From the IMG/VR virus record IMGVR_UViG_3300043408_000061, positions 1-63,998 of that record: a stretch of DNA of 63,998 bases. The stretch is one strand, 5' to 3'. Numbering within the stretch: the stretch's first letter is position 1; every line of letters starts with the position of its first letter. The DNA comes from a virus. Positions 45,683 through 55,255 of the stretch are shown one piece after another. A model generated the notes under the pieces. That model made no database searches. It was not told where the DNA came from and saw nothing but the letters and a program-made list of their open reading frames with translations. A program made the translations under genes and the position numbers.

Positions 45683-45944
45683 CTACTTTTTCTTTGCTGT
45701 CGGCTACGTAGCTGTTGAACTGGTACGCGTTCATCAGTCGCTGCTCCTCAAGCTGCATCGCGCTAGGCTTTTCGCCTGGGGCTTTACATTCAATCTGCAG
45801 CAGAAGGCCGTTCGGCATAAAGCACCATTGGTCAGCTGACCCGCTGCGGCCTTGGTATACAACCTTACGGGCGAAACCGCCGAAGTCTTTAGCACGCCGT
45901 TGAACGTAGCGCTCGATGGGTGATTCTCTACGACCCATGGTCAT
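45630..45944 (-). CDS. VRR-NUC domain nuclease
   Basis: ARKVVYQGRSGSADQWCFMPNGLLLQIECKAPGEKPSAMQ fits the D...E.K VRR-NUC core. The start was moved to the internal ATG at 45944 to limit the overlap. Confidence 0.6.
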   Translation of the reverse strand: MTMGRRESPIERYVQRRAKDFGGFARKVVYQGRSGSADQWCFMPNGLLLQIECKAPGEKPSAMQLEEQRLMNAYQFNSYVADSKEKVDAIFKLWNFHENSTTNR

Positions 45945-46182
45945 CGCTCCAGTTGTAAGACCTATCAATACCGCTAAATATCCGCTGATATATTTCAGCT
46001 GTTGGCTTGCGCTCAACCACGAGGTCCGGTTCACCATCAGAGATGTATTCACTGAACACCGAGCACGCGAGCTGTTGCTCTTTGCATTGCGCTCGGTGCG
46101 CGCACCCGTCGCACGGAGCTTTCTCCGCTATAATTCCTTGCCAACTTTTCAATTCAATCTCCAAGAACGGTAAGCGACCCAC
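45928..46182 (-). CDS. Cys-containing hypothetical protein
   Basis: 84-aa ORF. Confidence 0.4.
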   Translation of the reverse strand: MGRLPFLEIELKSWQGIIAEKAPCDGCAHRAQCKEQQLACSVFSEYISDGEPDLVVERKPTAEIYQRIFSGIDRSYNWSDDHGS

Positions 46183-46487
46183 AACAGGGTCTTAGGTTTG
46201 ATAGCTGCAAGCAGTACATACTCCGTGTACAGTCTTTTTCTGTAGCTTACCATGATATAGCCCGCGTCATCTAACACTATACGTTGTACCTCTGAGGCTA
46301 AATATTCAGATGGCTGCTTGCAGTCAAACACATACACCATATCCAATGACCGGATGAATGTGTCGCACCCATGCAGTGCAACCCGACAGGCCAACTTCAC
46401 AAGCTGCCACGGCGTAGCGCTCAACTTCATCTTCATGCCTATGTATGCACCACCCTTGCACGGCGTTATTGTTTGCCAGCCCATCAT
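46149..46487 (-). CDS. hypothetical protein
   Basis: 112-aa ORF. Confidence 0.45.
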   Translation of the reverse strand: MMGWQTITPCKGGAYIGMKMKLSATPWQLVKLACRVALHGCDTFIRSLDMVYVFDCKQPSEYLASEVQRIVLDDAGYIMVSYRKRLYTEYVLLAAIKPKTLLWVAYRSWRLN

Positions 46488-46606
46488 AACCCACTAACCT
46501 CCACAATATCTTTGAACCACTCTATCTCATCTTTGCTTAGGTCGAAAAGGTTTTCTTGTGGACCTGTGCGTTGATGCATCGCCCATGTGAATTTAGTTTT
46601 ACGCAT
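46484..46606 (-). CDS. very small ORF (40 aa)
   Basis: My own translation is MRKTKFTWAMHQRTGPQENLFDLSKDEIEWFKDIVEVSGL. ATGA overlap with 46487. Confidence 0.3.
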   Translation of the reverse strand: MRKTKFTWAMHQRTGPQENLFDLSKDEIEWFKDIVEVSGL

Positions 46607-46937
46607 TATCGTATCTCCGTAGTATCAACTCCAAGCGTGCTAGTGCGTTCCATGCTGTATGTGCGGCATGGTACAGCTCGGAGTCCGGGTCAATCAACTC
46701 ACCCTGGGCTTCTTTCAATAAATGACGGTACGCCGCATCGGTGTAACGCTCAACGCCATTGGGTACTGTTGCCCAACCGTTGTCGGTGTACTTGTTAGCA
46801 CCAAACGTACCGACACGGCCAACTTCTTCAAGCGCTTTTGCAAAGCCGTGGAGCACGAGGCTCATGCGTGTTTTACCTGCGTCCAGCTTGGCACCGGCTT
46901 CGTGTGGCGATTTGCCGTTCGGGTCTTGCTCAGCCAT
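46599..46937 (-). CDS. dATP/dGTP pyrophosphohydrolase-like (DUF5664-type) protein
   Basis: KLDAGKTRMSLV...ALEEVGRVGTFGANKYTDNGW...RYTDAAYRHLL...DPDSELYHAAHTAWNALARLE matches the family pattern as I recall it. The ATG at 46937 lies 2 nt after the polymerase stop. Confidence 0.55.
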   Translation of the reverse strand: MAEQDPNGKSPHEAGAKLDAGKTRMSLVLHGFAKALEEVGRVGTFGANKYTDNGWATVPNGVERYTDAAYRHLLKEAQGELIDPDSELYHAAHTAWNALARLELILRRYDNA

Positions 46938-46938
46938 A

Positions 46939-49020
46939 TCAATCCTTCCTATATCTAACGTTAGTCTCATATCCTGCAGCTGCAAGCGGCAGGCCCTTAC
47001 ACCAGTCGTGCGGTGTTGATAGAATCGCACCAAGGCCAGCATCGTTAAACGCTGGACTATCCGGTGTTTCTGTAATCAACTCGTCGTGAACTCGCATGAC
47101 TGTAGTATAACCCAAATCTCCAGCTTTTAGCATGGCGTGCAATAAAAAATCTCTGGCGCTTGCTTGTGTTGCGTGCGCGACAAACTTACCTGCATAGATG
47201 TGGGTGCGCACCCACTGATTCGTCACTTGGTCCATGCTCATGTAGGTGATTCCGTCCTCTGTAATACGAGGGTTCGGGTAGCTTAGTACGCGGCCTGATG
47301 GCAACTTGCAGAATATCCACTTGCTTCTGCGCTTGTACGCTAGGTGTTGGCCAGCCTTGAACCACACATCTGGTGTGATATATGCATTGCGGAACGCTGC
47401 TTCGCAGTCAGCCCAAAGCTGAGCTACGTTGCCATGTGCGCTGCGCCACTGCTGCTTGATATACTCACACGCAGCCCACTGATGAAGCGGTAAGCCGTAA
47501 TCAAATTTGTTTTTCTGCGCCCAATCAAACTTGCGTAGGACCTCATGCCACAGCGCTTTGTCTGCTGCCGCTTCGGTAGCAGATGCGAGCTGCTCCAGGT
47601 CTACGCGGTAGATACCTAAAAACTGCAGGAGTCCAGACACTCCGCTACCAAATCCTAGGCTAAGCTCGGCGGCTTTGCCTACGTTACGGCGGTCTTTAGA
47701 TACGTCCTCCGGTGCGACGCCCATCATCTTTGAGTATGCAGCCACGTAGTTATCAAACTTAATTTTGCCTGCGTCGTAGTCGCTGAAATACGACAGTTTC
47801 CACGACTCGCCGGCGAGCCATACAACGACACGCCCCTCAATGTTGGATAGGTCTGACACGACTAGCTTCTTGCCTTGCGATGGAACGATAGCTCCACGTA
47901 ACGCGGACGACAAAACATCCATCGGCTTCGCGTGTGTAAGTTCAAGGCACCCTGCTTTGATGTCCGCTATCAAACCCTCGGCGTCATGCTCGAACCAACC
48001 CGCTGGCCTAGGTAGATTCTGCGGCTGAAAGACACGACCGGCGTCGCGGCCCGTGCCGCTTGCACCACAGAATAAAATCGTTCCAGTCATGCGACCACGC
48101 GAATCGCTGCAAGCCAACAGCTTTTTGTACTTGGCAACAGAGGCTTTAGACACTGCCGCACGCTGCTCAAGCAAGAAGCGGGCTCCCTGCGGTATGTCCG
48201 TTGCTAGGGCTTTGTCGATTGTCGCTGACTGCATGTTCGGCAGGTCAACCTGATACTCCGTTTTCAGGTGTTCGCGCAATGCTGCAGTCTGTGTTGTCGA
48301 ACTTAACAATCCCTCAGTGGCATCTGATACGTCCTGCGCAGAGGCTTTAGCTACTCGCTCTGCTGTTGATACCGCTGTGCTCGCCAGTGCTAAGTCAACA
48401 CCAAAACCTCGTTGGTTCATGCGCTCCGTCTCAACCCACAGAATGCGCTCTATGTGTGAAGCGTCAAGCGGAAAGTTCGCCTTCGGCATCAAGTTGTGTA
48501 TCTCGCGCATAGCAACCACATCATTCACGCAGTACTCTCGGAAGCGTAGCCATTTATCCGCCGGCTCGACACCTCGGAAGCAACCTTGAGCATCAGGTGT
48601 ACAGAACCAACGGACCAGCGTTCGTCCGTCTTTCAGCTTGGCTTTGTCAGATGGCAGCTTAAACACAGTGCATAAATTGTCGAGCGACGCGGGCAGGTTA
48701 TGCTCCAATGCTTGAGTCATCGTGCAATACCAGCGCTCTAACGGGATAGGAAACCCAAATAGCCCAGTGCTGTTTATGAGCTGCGCGTCAAATGAGGCGT
48801 TGTGTGCCAGCAAAGTGTTGGCTGCATCTTTGGCTGCGTCATACAGAGCTACAGGGCAAGGCTCGCCAGACCGCACATCCCACATCTGCACCGGTTTGTC
48901 ATCAATAGCCCACGCGCAGAGCAAAACGCTAGCACCTGTGCAGTAGTTAGCCAAGCCAGTGGATATGTCTACAGTGCTGTAAGTCTCTAGGTCGATGAAA
49001 ATCTTAGCCATGGTTTGCAA
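46939..49020 (-). CDS. family A DNA polymerase with 3'-5' exonuclease domain
   Basis: Exo motifs IFIDLETYS, HNASFDAQL and YCVNDV. Pol motifs VVSDLSNIEGRV, RRNVGKAAELSLGFGSG and RVHDELI. Confidence 0.9.
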   Translation of the reverse strand: MQTMAKIFIDLETYSTVDISTGLANYCTGASVLLCAWAIDDKPVQMWDVRSGEPCPVALYDAAKDAANTLLAHNASFDAQLINSTGLFGFPIPLERWYCTMTQALEHNLPASLDNLCTVFKLPSDKAKLKDGRTLVRWFCTPDAQGCFRGVEPADKWLRFREYCVNDVVAMREIHNLMPKANFPLDASHIERILWVETERMNQRGFGVDLALASTAVSTAERVAKASAQDVSDATEGLLSSTTQTAALREHLKTEYQVDLPNMQSATIDKALATDIPQGARFLLEQRAAVSKASVAKYKKLLACSDSRGRMTGTILFCGASGTGRDAGRVFQPQNLPRPAGWFEHDAEGLIADIKAGCLELTHAKPMDVLSSALRGAIVPSQGKKLVVSDLSNIEGRVVVWLAGESWKLSYFSDYDAGKIKFDNYVAAYSKMMGVAPEDVSKDRRNVGKAAELSLGFGSGVSGLLQFLGIYRVDLEQLASATEAAADKALWHEVLRKFDWAQKNKFDYGLPLHQWAACEYIKQQWRSAHGNVAQLWADCEAAFRNAYITPDVWFKAGQHLAYKRRSKWIFCKLPSGRVLSYPNPRITEDGITYMSMDQVTNQWVRTHIYAGKFVAHATQASARDFLLHAMLKAGDLGYTTVMRVHDELITETPDSPAFNDAGLGAILSTPHDWCKGLPLAAAGYETNVRYRKD

Positions 49021-49513
49021 ACTCTCCGTGATGTAGTTCGCGCTGTGCGCGTATTGCTGCAGTTGCTTCTTCTAAAGTGGCAAAACGGTCTCCGATTGAT
49101 TTTCCGTTTACTCGAAGGGTTGTTTTGTAGGGCTTGTCGGTAGTATAGAGCAGGAGCATAACACCTTTGACTCCGGTTTTATTCGTCTTGCGATTGCGCA
49201 TGTTCTGCTGGTTCTGCGCTCTTGTGCATAGTCGCAGGTTGGAAGGCGTATTGTTTAGACCATCGCCGTCGCAGTGGTCAACCAGCTTATCGGGCCAAGT
49301 ACCGTGCTGTAAGGCGTAGGCTATCACATGTGCGTAAATAAACCGGCGTACTCCGGTTTCGTTCGTTACGCCTACTTGACGATATGATGTTCTAGGCGCT
49401 GTCACTAAACCGCCGGCTATGGTTCTGGTTGTTCTGTTGTTACCTCTGTCAACGCGCCACATCACGTTTGGCCCATCCATAATAAACAGCTCACGCGCTC
49501 GTTCGATAGTCAT
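49004..49513 (-). CDS. HNH-AP2 homing-type endonuclease
   Basis: HCDGDGLNNTPSNLRLCTRAQNQQN (HNH) plus C-terminal TGVKGV...TLRVNGKSIGDRFATLEEA (AP2-like). The longest ORF start (49555) falls in the terminator T-tract, so an internal ATG was chosen. Confidence 0.75.
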   Translation of the reverse strand: MTIERARELFIMDGPNVMWRVDRGNNRTTRTIAGGLVTAPRTSYRQVGVTNETGVRRFIYAHVIAYALQHGTWPDKLVDHCDGDGLNNTPSNLRLCTRAQNQQNMRNRKTNKTGVKGVMLLLYTTDKPYKTTLRVNGKSIGDRFATLEEATAAIRAQRELHHGEFANHG

Positions 49514-49551
49514 GTGGTTTTCAATGCTTGATTTCATACAACTATTGTAAA

Positions 49552-49585
49552 ACAAAAAAGCCCTGCTGGTTCAGGGCTTTTAATA
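49552..49585 (-). terminator. Rho-independent terminator (hairpin 49558-49579)
   Basis: AAGCCCTG-CTGGTT-CAGGGCTT. On the minus strand it is followed by TTTTTTGTTTT. On the plus strand it is also followed by TTTT. Confidence 0.75.
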
Positions 49586-49586
49586 T

Positions 49587-49910
49587 TTATTTTTGCGAGT
49601 CTCGGTCAACTTCATGGTACTCTTCTTGCGTCTTAGGCGTCCTATCTTTAACCATTTGTCTGTACGCCTGCATAGGAGCCAACAGTCCGTCTTTTTCCAT
49701 GCGCCGCAGCCAGTACACTATCGTTGATATGCGATACAATCTAAGCGCTTTCCGAAGTATGATTTCAATACCATATTTAAGGCATAATACTAAGAATATA
49801 CAGGCTATCAGCAGAGCCGCCAGTATTACAGCCGCTCCAATCAGGTATGTTACTGTGTCGAGATAAAGTTGATTCATATTATTTCCTATGTTGTTGCGCG
49901 TTGTACGCAT
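49587..49910 (-). CDS. membrane protein
   Basis: 107 aa with transmembrane segment YLIGAAVILAALLIACIFLVLCL. Confidence 0.55.
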   Translation of the reverse strand: MRTTRNNIGNNMNQLYLDTVTYLIGAAVILAALLIACIFLVLCLKYGIEIILRKALRLYRISTIVYWLRRMEKDGLLAPMQAYRQMVKDRTPKTQEEYHEVDRDSQK

Positions 49911-50283
49911 AGTTGACTGCGGATTTTATCGTTCGCTCTGGTAGCTCACGGCAGCACGTTAGGTAGTTGTCAATCATTGTTAGCACGGCCTCACGCCCTA
50001 CACCATCGAACCTAATCGGTGTGCGCTCACGAGCTTTCAATAGCGCTTCAAACGCATCCACTATCAACTGCTCAGGGTCTGTAAGTTTACGCTGTTGGCG
50101 CAGTGCTTCTAGCACATTGCACGCATTTGCTAGCTCACACCAATGCTGTTGTGTCGGCTTGTCACCAGTGAGGATGGCCGTCATCGCATCAAATATACGG
50201 TAGTGGTTATGCACGTAGCTAGAGGTCAAGGCCGGGCGCCTGGGGCTGGAAGCGTTTATCTGTGCGCGTGTGTATGGTGGCAT
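49879..50283 (-). CDS. hypothetical protein
   Basis: 134-aa ORF. Confidence 0.5.
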   Translation of the reverse strand: MPPYTRAQINASSPRRPALTSSYVHNHYRIFDAMTAILTGDKPTQQHWCELANACNVLEALRQQRKLTDPEQLIVDAFEALLKARERTPIRFDGVGREAVLTMIDNYLTCCRELPERTIKSAVNYAYNAQQHRK

Positions 50284-50468
50284 TATTTTTTAAACGTCGG
50301 TAGTGGCGCCCAATGTGTCCAATGCTCTTTGCCAGTGTAGTTACCGTAGGTGGCTACGCCTGCGTCTTTGTTGATGAGCTGCAGCTTCACGCCACGTGGC
50401 GTATCAGGACCTACGGGACTCCAGTGATATGTGCGGTCAACAGCTGCGGATTTAGTGGAGTCAATCAT
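50283..50468 (-). CDS. hypothetical protein
   Basis: 61-aa ORF sharing 1 nt with the next gene. Confidence 0.45.
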   Translation of the reverse strand: MIDSTKSAAVDRTYHWSPVGPDTPRGVKLQLINKDAGVATYGNYTGKEHWTHWAPLPTFKK

Positions 50469-50535
50469 TATGTATATGTGAGGGGTGAAGTACCATTCGC
50501 TGTGTTTTGATTACACCATCCAGCTTTCGCCTAGT

Positions 50536-50573
50536 GGTGTGCTGCCCAAGTATGGCTAGGGTGGCAGCACACC
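50536..50573. other. 11-bp perfect hairpin in a 175-nt intergenic gap
   Basis: GGTGTGCTGCC (50536-50546) pairs with GGCAGCACACC (50563-50573). No flanking T-tract. Confidence 0.7.
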
Positions 50574-50643
50574 GGCTATGGTCTTCTATTGTCTAGTCAA
50601 CCCTCAATGACAAGTTGGAGATGATGGCAACCTATACTGTTGC

Positions 50644-51237
50644 TTAACCCAAGTCGTCCATGTCGCTGGCTTCTACGGCCTCGAACTCGTCGGCGCTGGC
50701 TGCAGCGCTGCCGCCGAAGGCCTCGTCGTCACGAGCGAACTGCACGCCAGAGAAGCTAGCGCACAAGCGACCCCACTGGGCTTGGTAGTAAATGCTGAAC
50801 ACAACGTTGGCTTGGCAGCCACTGTAGATGCGCGTTTGTGGGCGAGCCAACGGTGCTGGTTTACCATCTGTGCCGGCCACGTTGTCGAGCAGCGTAGGTG
50901 CAGTCTCAGTGTGAGCGGTGATGAACCAATTGCCCTCGTAGCCAGCGCTGCCAGCCTTGATAGCGCCCGGAGCGAACGGAACTTTGTTCTTGGCCACTAA
51001 CTCAGCCCATGTCTTCTCAGCTTTTGCCGTACCGACTGCCGCAGTGACTGCGACCTTGCCGATTTTGACAAGCTGGTTGTACGTGGCTTCGTTGTCAATG
51101 ATGATGTCGATTGAGTAGCGGTGCTTACCTTGACCCTGGAACTGCTTAGGTTCGTTGAGTGTTGGATATGAGACACGGCCACCATCAAGGCGGAATTTTG
51201 CTGCATTGTCCGGGTATGTTTTGATTGAAGTTGTCAT
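50644..51237 (-). CDS. DUF2815-type ssDNA-binding protein
   Basis: N-terminus ...FRLDGGRVSYPTLNEPKQFQGQGKHRYSIDII and an acidic C-terminal tail DEFEAVEASDMDDLG. Confidence 0.65.
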   Translation of the reverse strand: MTTSIKTYPDNAAKFRLDGGRVSYPTLNEPKQFQGQGKHRYSIDIIIDNEATYNQLVKIGKVAVTAAVGTAKAEKTWAELVAKNKVPFAPGAIKAGSAGYEGNWFITAHTETAPTLLDNVAGTDGKPAPLARPQTRIYSGCQANVVFSIYYQAQWGRLCASFSGVQFARDDEAFGGSAAASADEFEAVEASDMDDLG

Positions 51238-51246
51238 TTTAGGCTT

Positions 51247-52449
51247 TCAGTTAAAGTCGTCAGTTGTTGCCGCACCTGTCCACTCTGGTCGAGGGTCGTT
51301 GATAGGCGCGATGGTTTTGCTTGGTGCGCTGCGTGACACCAGAGAAGATAGGTCAATGCTTGTGACTTTGGCCTTCTTCAACGCTTTCTCAGCCACTGCT
51401 GGCGAGATAAGGGATTTAGTATACACGCTTTCAACTGGTAATTCCGTTGAAAGTTGTGTAGCTGCAACAGTTTCGTCAGTCCATTTGCGGTTGCCTTGCT
51501 TACCAGCCACGAACTTAACGCCTACGGATTCACCGCGACCAGCGCTAGCGCGAGCATACACTTCGTCTTCAACAGCGGTGATGAAGTTGCGCAGTAAGTC
51601 TAGTGACTCATACGCTGCACGTACCGGAGCATCGTCGATAAGGCTTGGCGCTGATACGATGTCAAAGTCATCCGATGTACAAGCGTTGACAACTTCTTTT
51701 GTAGCAGCCAAGAGTGTTGGACACGCAGCAGCGTGCTTACACCACTGGCACTGGGATTCACCTGCCGAGGTATAAGTCGCATAGAATTTGGCCGTTGGCC
51801 CCGACTTAGCCAGTGACTTGGCGGAAGCAGTAGCTTGTGTGGCGGCGTTCTTGTAGGCTTTAACTTCATCTTGCACCTCCTCGATTGACATCTCATGCAG
51901 CGTACCGAATCGCGTCACGTTGGGTTGGTATATGCCCAATGTTACATTGCGAACAGGCTCGCCTGTTGTGGATTCAAGAGTGTCCGCCACGCCTGCAGCA
52001 TACAGAATCAACTGTTTGTTATCTTCCGCATCGACAGGCTTGCGACCCAGTTTCAAGTCGTGAATCTCAATGTCGCCATTGTCTAGCAAGATGACTGCAT
52101 CGGAAGTACCAAAGCCTTCGGCTTCATCCACACCCAGCAAAGTAGCATAATTGATTTGAACTTCTGACAATAGCGTGCCGCCACGAGAGCGCAGGAACTC
52201 AATGTAGTTGTTCACATCAACCTGCGTGTCTTCCGGGACGTCATGTGTGACGCCATCGATTGTCACCGTGGTGATGTCGTATGCGTTCTTGTTCTCGCGG
52301 ATGCAGATGTCTGCAACCTCATGGCCAATGGTGCCTGCGAGAGCAGCGGCGCTCTCCGTCCGTGGTGCATCTTTGGTCAGCGCAATAGAGCCGGGGCATC
52401 GAACCCAGCGATGGGCGCTTGACGCGCCAAACGTGGAGTGCTGAGCCAT
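51247..52449 (-). CDS. DUF2800-type PD-(D/E)XK (Cas4-like) nuclease
   Basis: STFGASSAHRWVRCPGS at the N-terminus and the Cys cluster CQWCKHAAACP. Confidence 0.65.
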   Translation of the reverse strand: MAQHSTFGASSAHRWVRCPGSIALTKDAPRTESAAALAGTIGHEVADICIRENKNAYDITTVTIDGVTHDVPEDTQVDVNNYIEFLRSRGGTLLSEVQINYATLLGVDEAEGFGTSDAVILLDNGDIEIHDLKLGRKPVDAEDNKQLILYAAGVADTLESTTGEPVRNVTLGIYQPNVTRFGTLHEMSIEEVQDEVKAYKNAATQATASAKSLAKSGPTAKFYATYTSAGESQCQWCKHAAACPTLLAATKEVVNACTSDDFDIVSAPSLIDDAPVRAAYESLDLLRNFITAVEDEVYARASAGRGESVGVKFVAGKQGNRKWTDETVAATQLSTELPVESVYTKSLISPAVAEKALKKAKVTSIDLSSLVSRSAPSKTIAPINDPRPEWTGAATTDDFN

Positions 52450-52895
52450 TACAGCGCTTTCAAAGCAGCCAAGAACGCAGTGTACTGCTCAACCTTGAGG
52501 TCAGCACCAACCTTGCAACCGAACTCACCGAGCAAAGCAATCAGCTCAGCGCGCTTGGTCATTGATACAGTACGAATCAGCGGACGAATTTCATCGTCGT
52601 AGCTTGGTATTGGTGCATCGGGCTTCGGTTCTACTGGTGCGGGTGCTGCCGCTGGTGCTGGTGCTGGTGCTGGTGCCTCGACCTTCGGCCCGATGGTGTC
52701 GAAGTCATTGTCGTTATCGACAAGCGTCTTAACTTGCGGTGCAGGCTTCTTGACTGCAGGCTTCTTAGGTTCAGAGCCTTCAGCTTTAACACTGGCAATG
52801 ACGGCTGGGATTTCAGCCTCAGCATAACGGCGTTCGCGTGCAGCGGCAAGCTCAAAATATTCGGTGGCGGCTGCTATCAGTTTATCAATTGACAT
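52449..52895 (-). CDS. hypothetical protein with an (AP)n linker
   Basis: Start moved to the ATG at 52895, which is preceded by GAGGA. Contains EAPAPAPAPAAAPAPVEP. Confidence 0.55.
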   Translation of the reverse strand: MSIDKLIAAATEYFELAAARERRYAEAEIPAVIASVKAEGSEPKKPAVKKPAPQVKTLVDNDNDFDTIGPKVEAPAPAPAPAAAPAPVEPKPDAPIPSYDDEIRPLIRTVSMTKRAELIALLGEFGCKVGADLKVEQYTAFLAALKAL

Positions 52896-52941
52896 CTTAG
52901 ATTCCTCTGGTTGGTTGAAGTGAGATTGAATTATATACGAA

Positions 52942-55239
52942 CTATTCGAGACTTTCGTATTCTTGGTAAAAAATATTTTGGTATTCTTTGTTGTGTGAAT
53001 CCAACAGCTCGGAGCCCAAGGCCACGAACGTGAGGGCGGCATCACGTAGCACCTGCTCGGTGACGTTACCTTTGAACGCTATGCACTGCAGCACAGTGTT
53101 CAACGTAACCGTTGGTTGCCCGCACATTTTCAGGTATTCAACGATAGCTGCGTGGCGGATAGATACCTTGCGGAAGCTGCGGCGTACAGCTTCGGTCTCA
53201 GGCAGGGCTTCAAGCTCAGCGTACAGTTCTTCTACGCAATTAGGATTAGCCTTAATCTCAGCCAATGCTTCGGCGTAGTATTGCATCTTGTTCTCGGCAA
53301 ACAGTTCACGGTTGATGTACTGACCCTTGGCCAAGCCGTCGCATATCCGCATCGGAAAATAGCGACGGTCACCCGTGGTGTCTTTTAGAATCTCGGTTTC
53401 GTTGGTTGTGCCAATCAGGATACATCGGCGTGGGCGTGTGGTCTCACCCTCCTCGTATAGCTTGCGCCATGAGTCGCTGGATGCAGTCATAAACGCTTTG
53501 ATAGTGGAGTTGCTCAACTTCTCACTGCCGGCCATCTCACCAATTTCAAGCACCGTTGAGCCTTGAACACCGCGTCGCATCTCTTTAAGGTCTTCCTTAA
53601 ACTCGAAGGTCTTATAGTGGTTCACGTCAAGCGCTAGTGATTTAACCCATGATGACTTGCCTCTACCCTGGGAGCTATGCAGAATGGCTGTACCCTGCAC
53701 GTCCGTTTCCTTTGTGCTGCTCATGCGCAACACCAGCGATAGGAATATATACCTACCAACGGCACGGTTGTAAGGCGTGTCCTTGGTGCGCAGCACATCA
53801 GGTGCCATGCGATGTAGTCGAGCGATACCGTCGTGCTCAGGTACCGAGGCTAAGGCTTCAAGCGCAGAGTCGAACGTGCGATTCTTTAAGAATGTATTTA
53901 TCTGAGCTGCCACGATAGCGTCCGAGGATTTAAAACCGATGCTGTGCATGGTGTCACCGATATGATTTTGTATCATGGTGACATCTGTCTTAGCAAGCTG
54001 TCGCCAATCCTCATCCCCGGTGGCCATAGTCTGCGGTGCGCCTATGAAGCTGTCCAGCTGCAGCTTGTAGTTACCGCACAACTGCGGATACTTGAGCGCC
54101 ACCTGAATGTTCATGTTCACATTGGTGTCGATGATAGCCTTGGCACCCTCCCTCTTAGGCTTTGTCTTACGCCACTCAGGGTCATCTTCCCATGCGGTTA
54201 TAGGCGCAGGCTCACCGTATGCACGCACCACGACATCACCAAAGTCATCAGGCGCATACCCAAAGTGCTCATGCAAGTGCTTGATGTTTCGCGTCAGGCA
54301 GTGGCTGTGCTGACAGCGGTAATTGGCAGGGCCGGAAGCGTCAGGCCCGAAGTAACTGGATGCTGACACACTACTTACGGATGTGTGGTCATGTGACCAA
54401 GGGCAGCGGATATGAATCTTGTTGCCATCTTCGGCAATGAAGTTATCCGACTCGCGCAGTATCTGAGCGAACGGGTCAAGTGCGCTGAGCGCTGCACCCT
54501 TGGCTCGCATCGTCTGGCTTGGTAGGCTGTCAATAACCTTGGTTCCATAGGTCTCACTGATAAACTTCCACAGCCAAGTGAAGTCTTCAAGCGATATGCT
54601 TGGGATGTCACGCGGTTGAGGGATGCCCTCTGGCCACCAATACTCAATACCACTGACATGCGTTCCAGCCAGCATAGTGTGCTGCCCCGCTGCTAGCAAT
54701 TCTATAGCGCCTTGACCCGCGCGCATCTGGATAACGGACTTACGTAACGGCTCATCGGACTGCACGCGAACGAACACTGTGCAACGGCCTTGCTTACCGA
54801 GGCGCATGGGTGCAGCACCGAGTGTCAGCTCTAGGTCTTGAAGTATGAGGCTTGTAACGTCAGCGCTGTCACAGTCAATATCGATGGCCTGAATGTCAGC
54901 GGTGCGCACGCAGATACCAAGGCGGTTATCCGCTGACCACTTGGCTATGTCTGCTGGCGTTGTCTTATGCTGCGGCCAACCCTTCATTGGGTATGCTATA
55001 TTACCCGCGCTTATAACGCTGGGTATCTTGTGGAATGAATGTGCAGGGCTGTGCTCAGTGCCGGCTGCAGGGCTGCACACTGATGGCAGTACCGCCTGAC
55101 CCCACACCGCAAAGGCTTGTTGCCATTGCTCGTGGGATGCGCCGTAAGATTTAGATGTCAAAGTCAATGCTCCTGTTAAGCTAAAAGGGTGGCGAGAAGA
55201 CCAGTAACAGGCTGGTCTTGGAGAAGAGCTACTTCCCAC
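52942..55239 (-). CDS. Prim-Pol / VirE-family primase-helicase
   Basis: N-terminal Prim-Pol-like region (DIQAIDIDCD), zinc motif CPWSHDH...CQHSHC, and P-loop SSQGRGKSS. The true start may be the TTG at 55161, downstream of the hairpin at 55198-55222 and an AGGAG. Confidence 0.8.
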   Translation of the reverse strand: MGSSSSPRPACYWSSRHPFSLTGALTLTSKSYGASHEQWQQAFAVWGQAVLPSVCSPAAGTEHSPAHSFHKIPSVISAGNIAYPMKGWPQHKTTPADIAKWSADNRLGICVRTADIQAIDIDCDSADVTSLILQDLELTLGAAPMRLGKQGRCTVFVRVQSDEPLRKSVIQMRAGQGAIELLAAGQHTMLAGTHVSGIEYWWPEGIPQPRDIPSISLEDFTWLWKFISETYGTKVIDSLPSQTMRAKGAALSALDPFAQILRESDNFIAEDGNKIHIRCPWSHDHTSVSSVSASSYFGPDASGPANYRCQHSHCLTRNIKHLHEHFGYAPDDFGDVVVRAYGEPAPITAWEDDPEWRKTKPKREGAKAIIDTNVNMNIQVALKYPQLCGNYKLQLDSFIGAPQTMATGDEDWRQLAKTDVTMIQNHIGDTMHSIGFKSSDAIVAAQINTFLKNRTFDSALEALASVPEHDGIARLHRMAPDVLRTKDTPYNRAVGRYIFLSLVLRMSSTKETDVQGTAILHSSQGRGKSSWVKSLALDVNHYKTFEFKEDLKEMRRGVQGSTVLEIGEMAGSEKLSNSTIKAFMTASSDSWRKLYEEGETTRPRRCILIGTTNETEILKDTTGDRRYFPMRICDGLAKGQYINRELFAENKMQYYAEALAEIKANPNCVEELYAELEALPETEAVRRSFRKVSIRHAAIVEYLKMCGQPTVTLNTVLQCIAFKGNVTEQVLRDAALTFVALGSELLDSHNKEYQNIFYQEYESLE

Positions 55240-55255
55240 GCTCGCCGTAAGTGGA

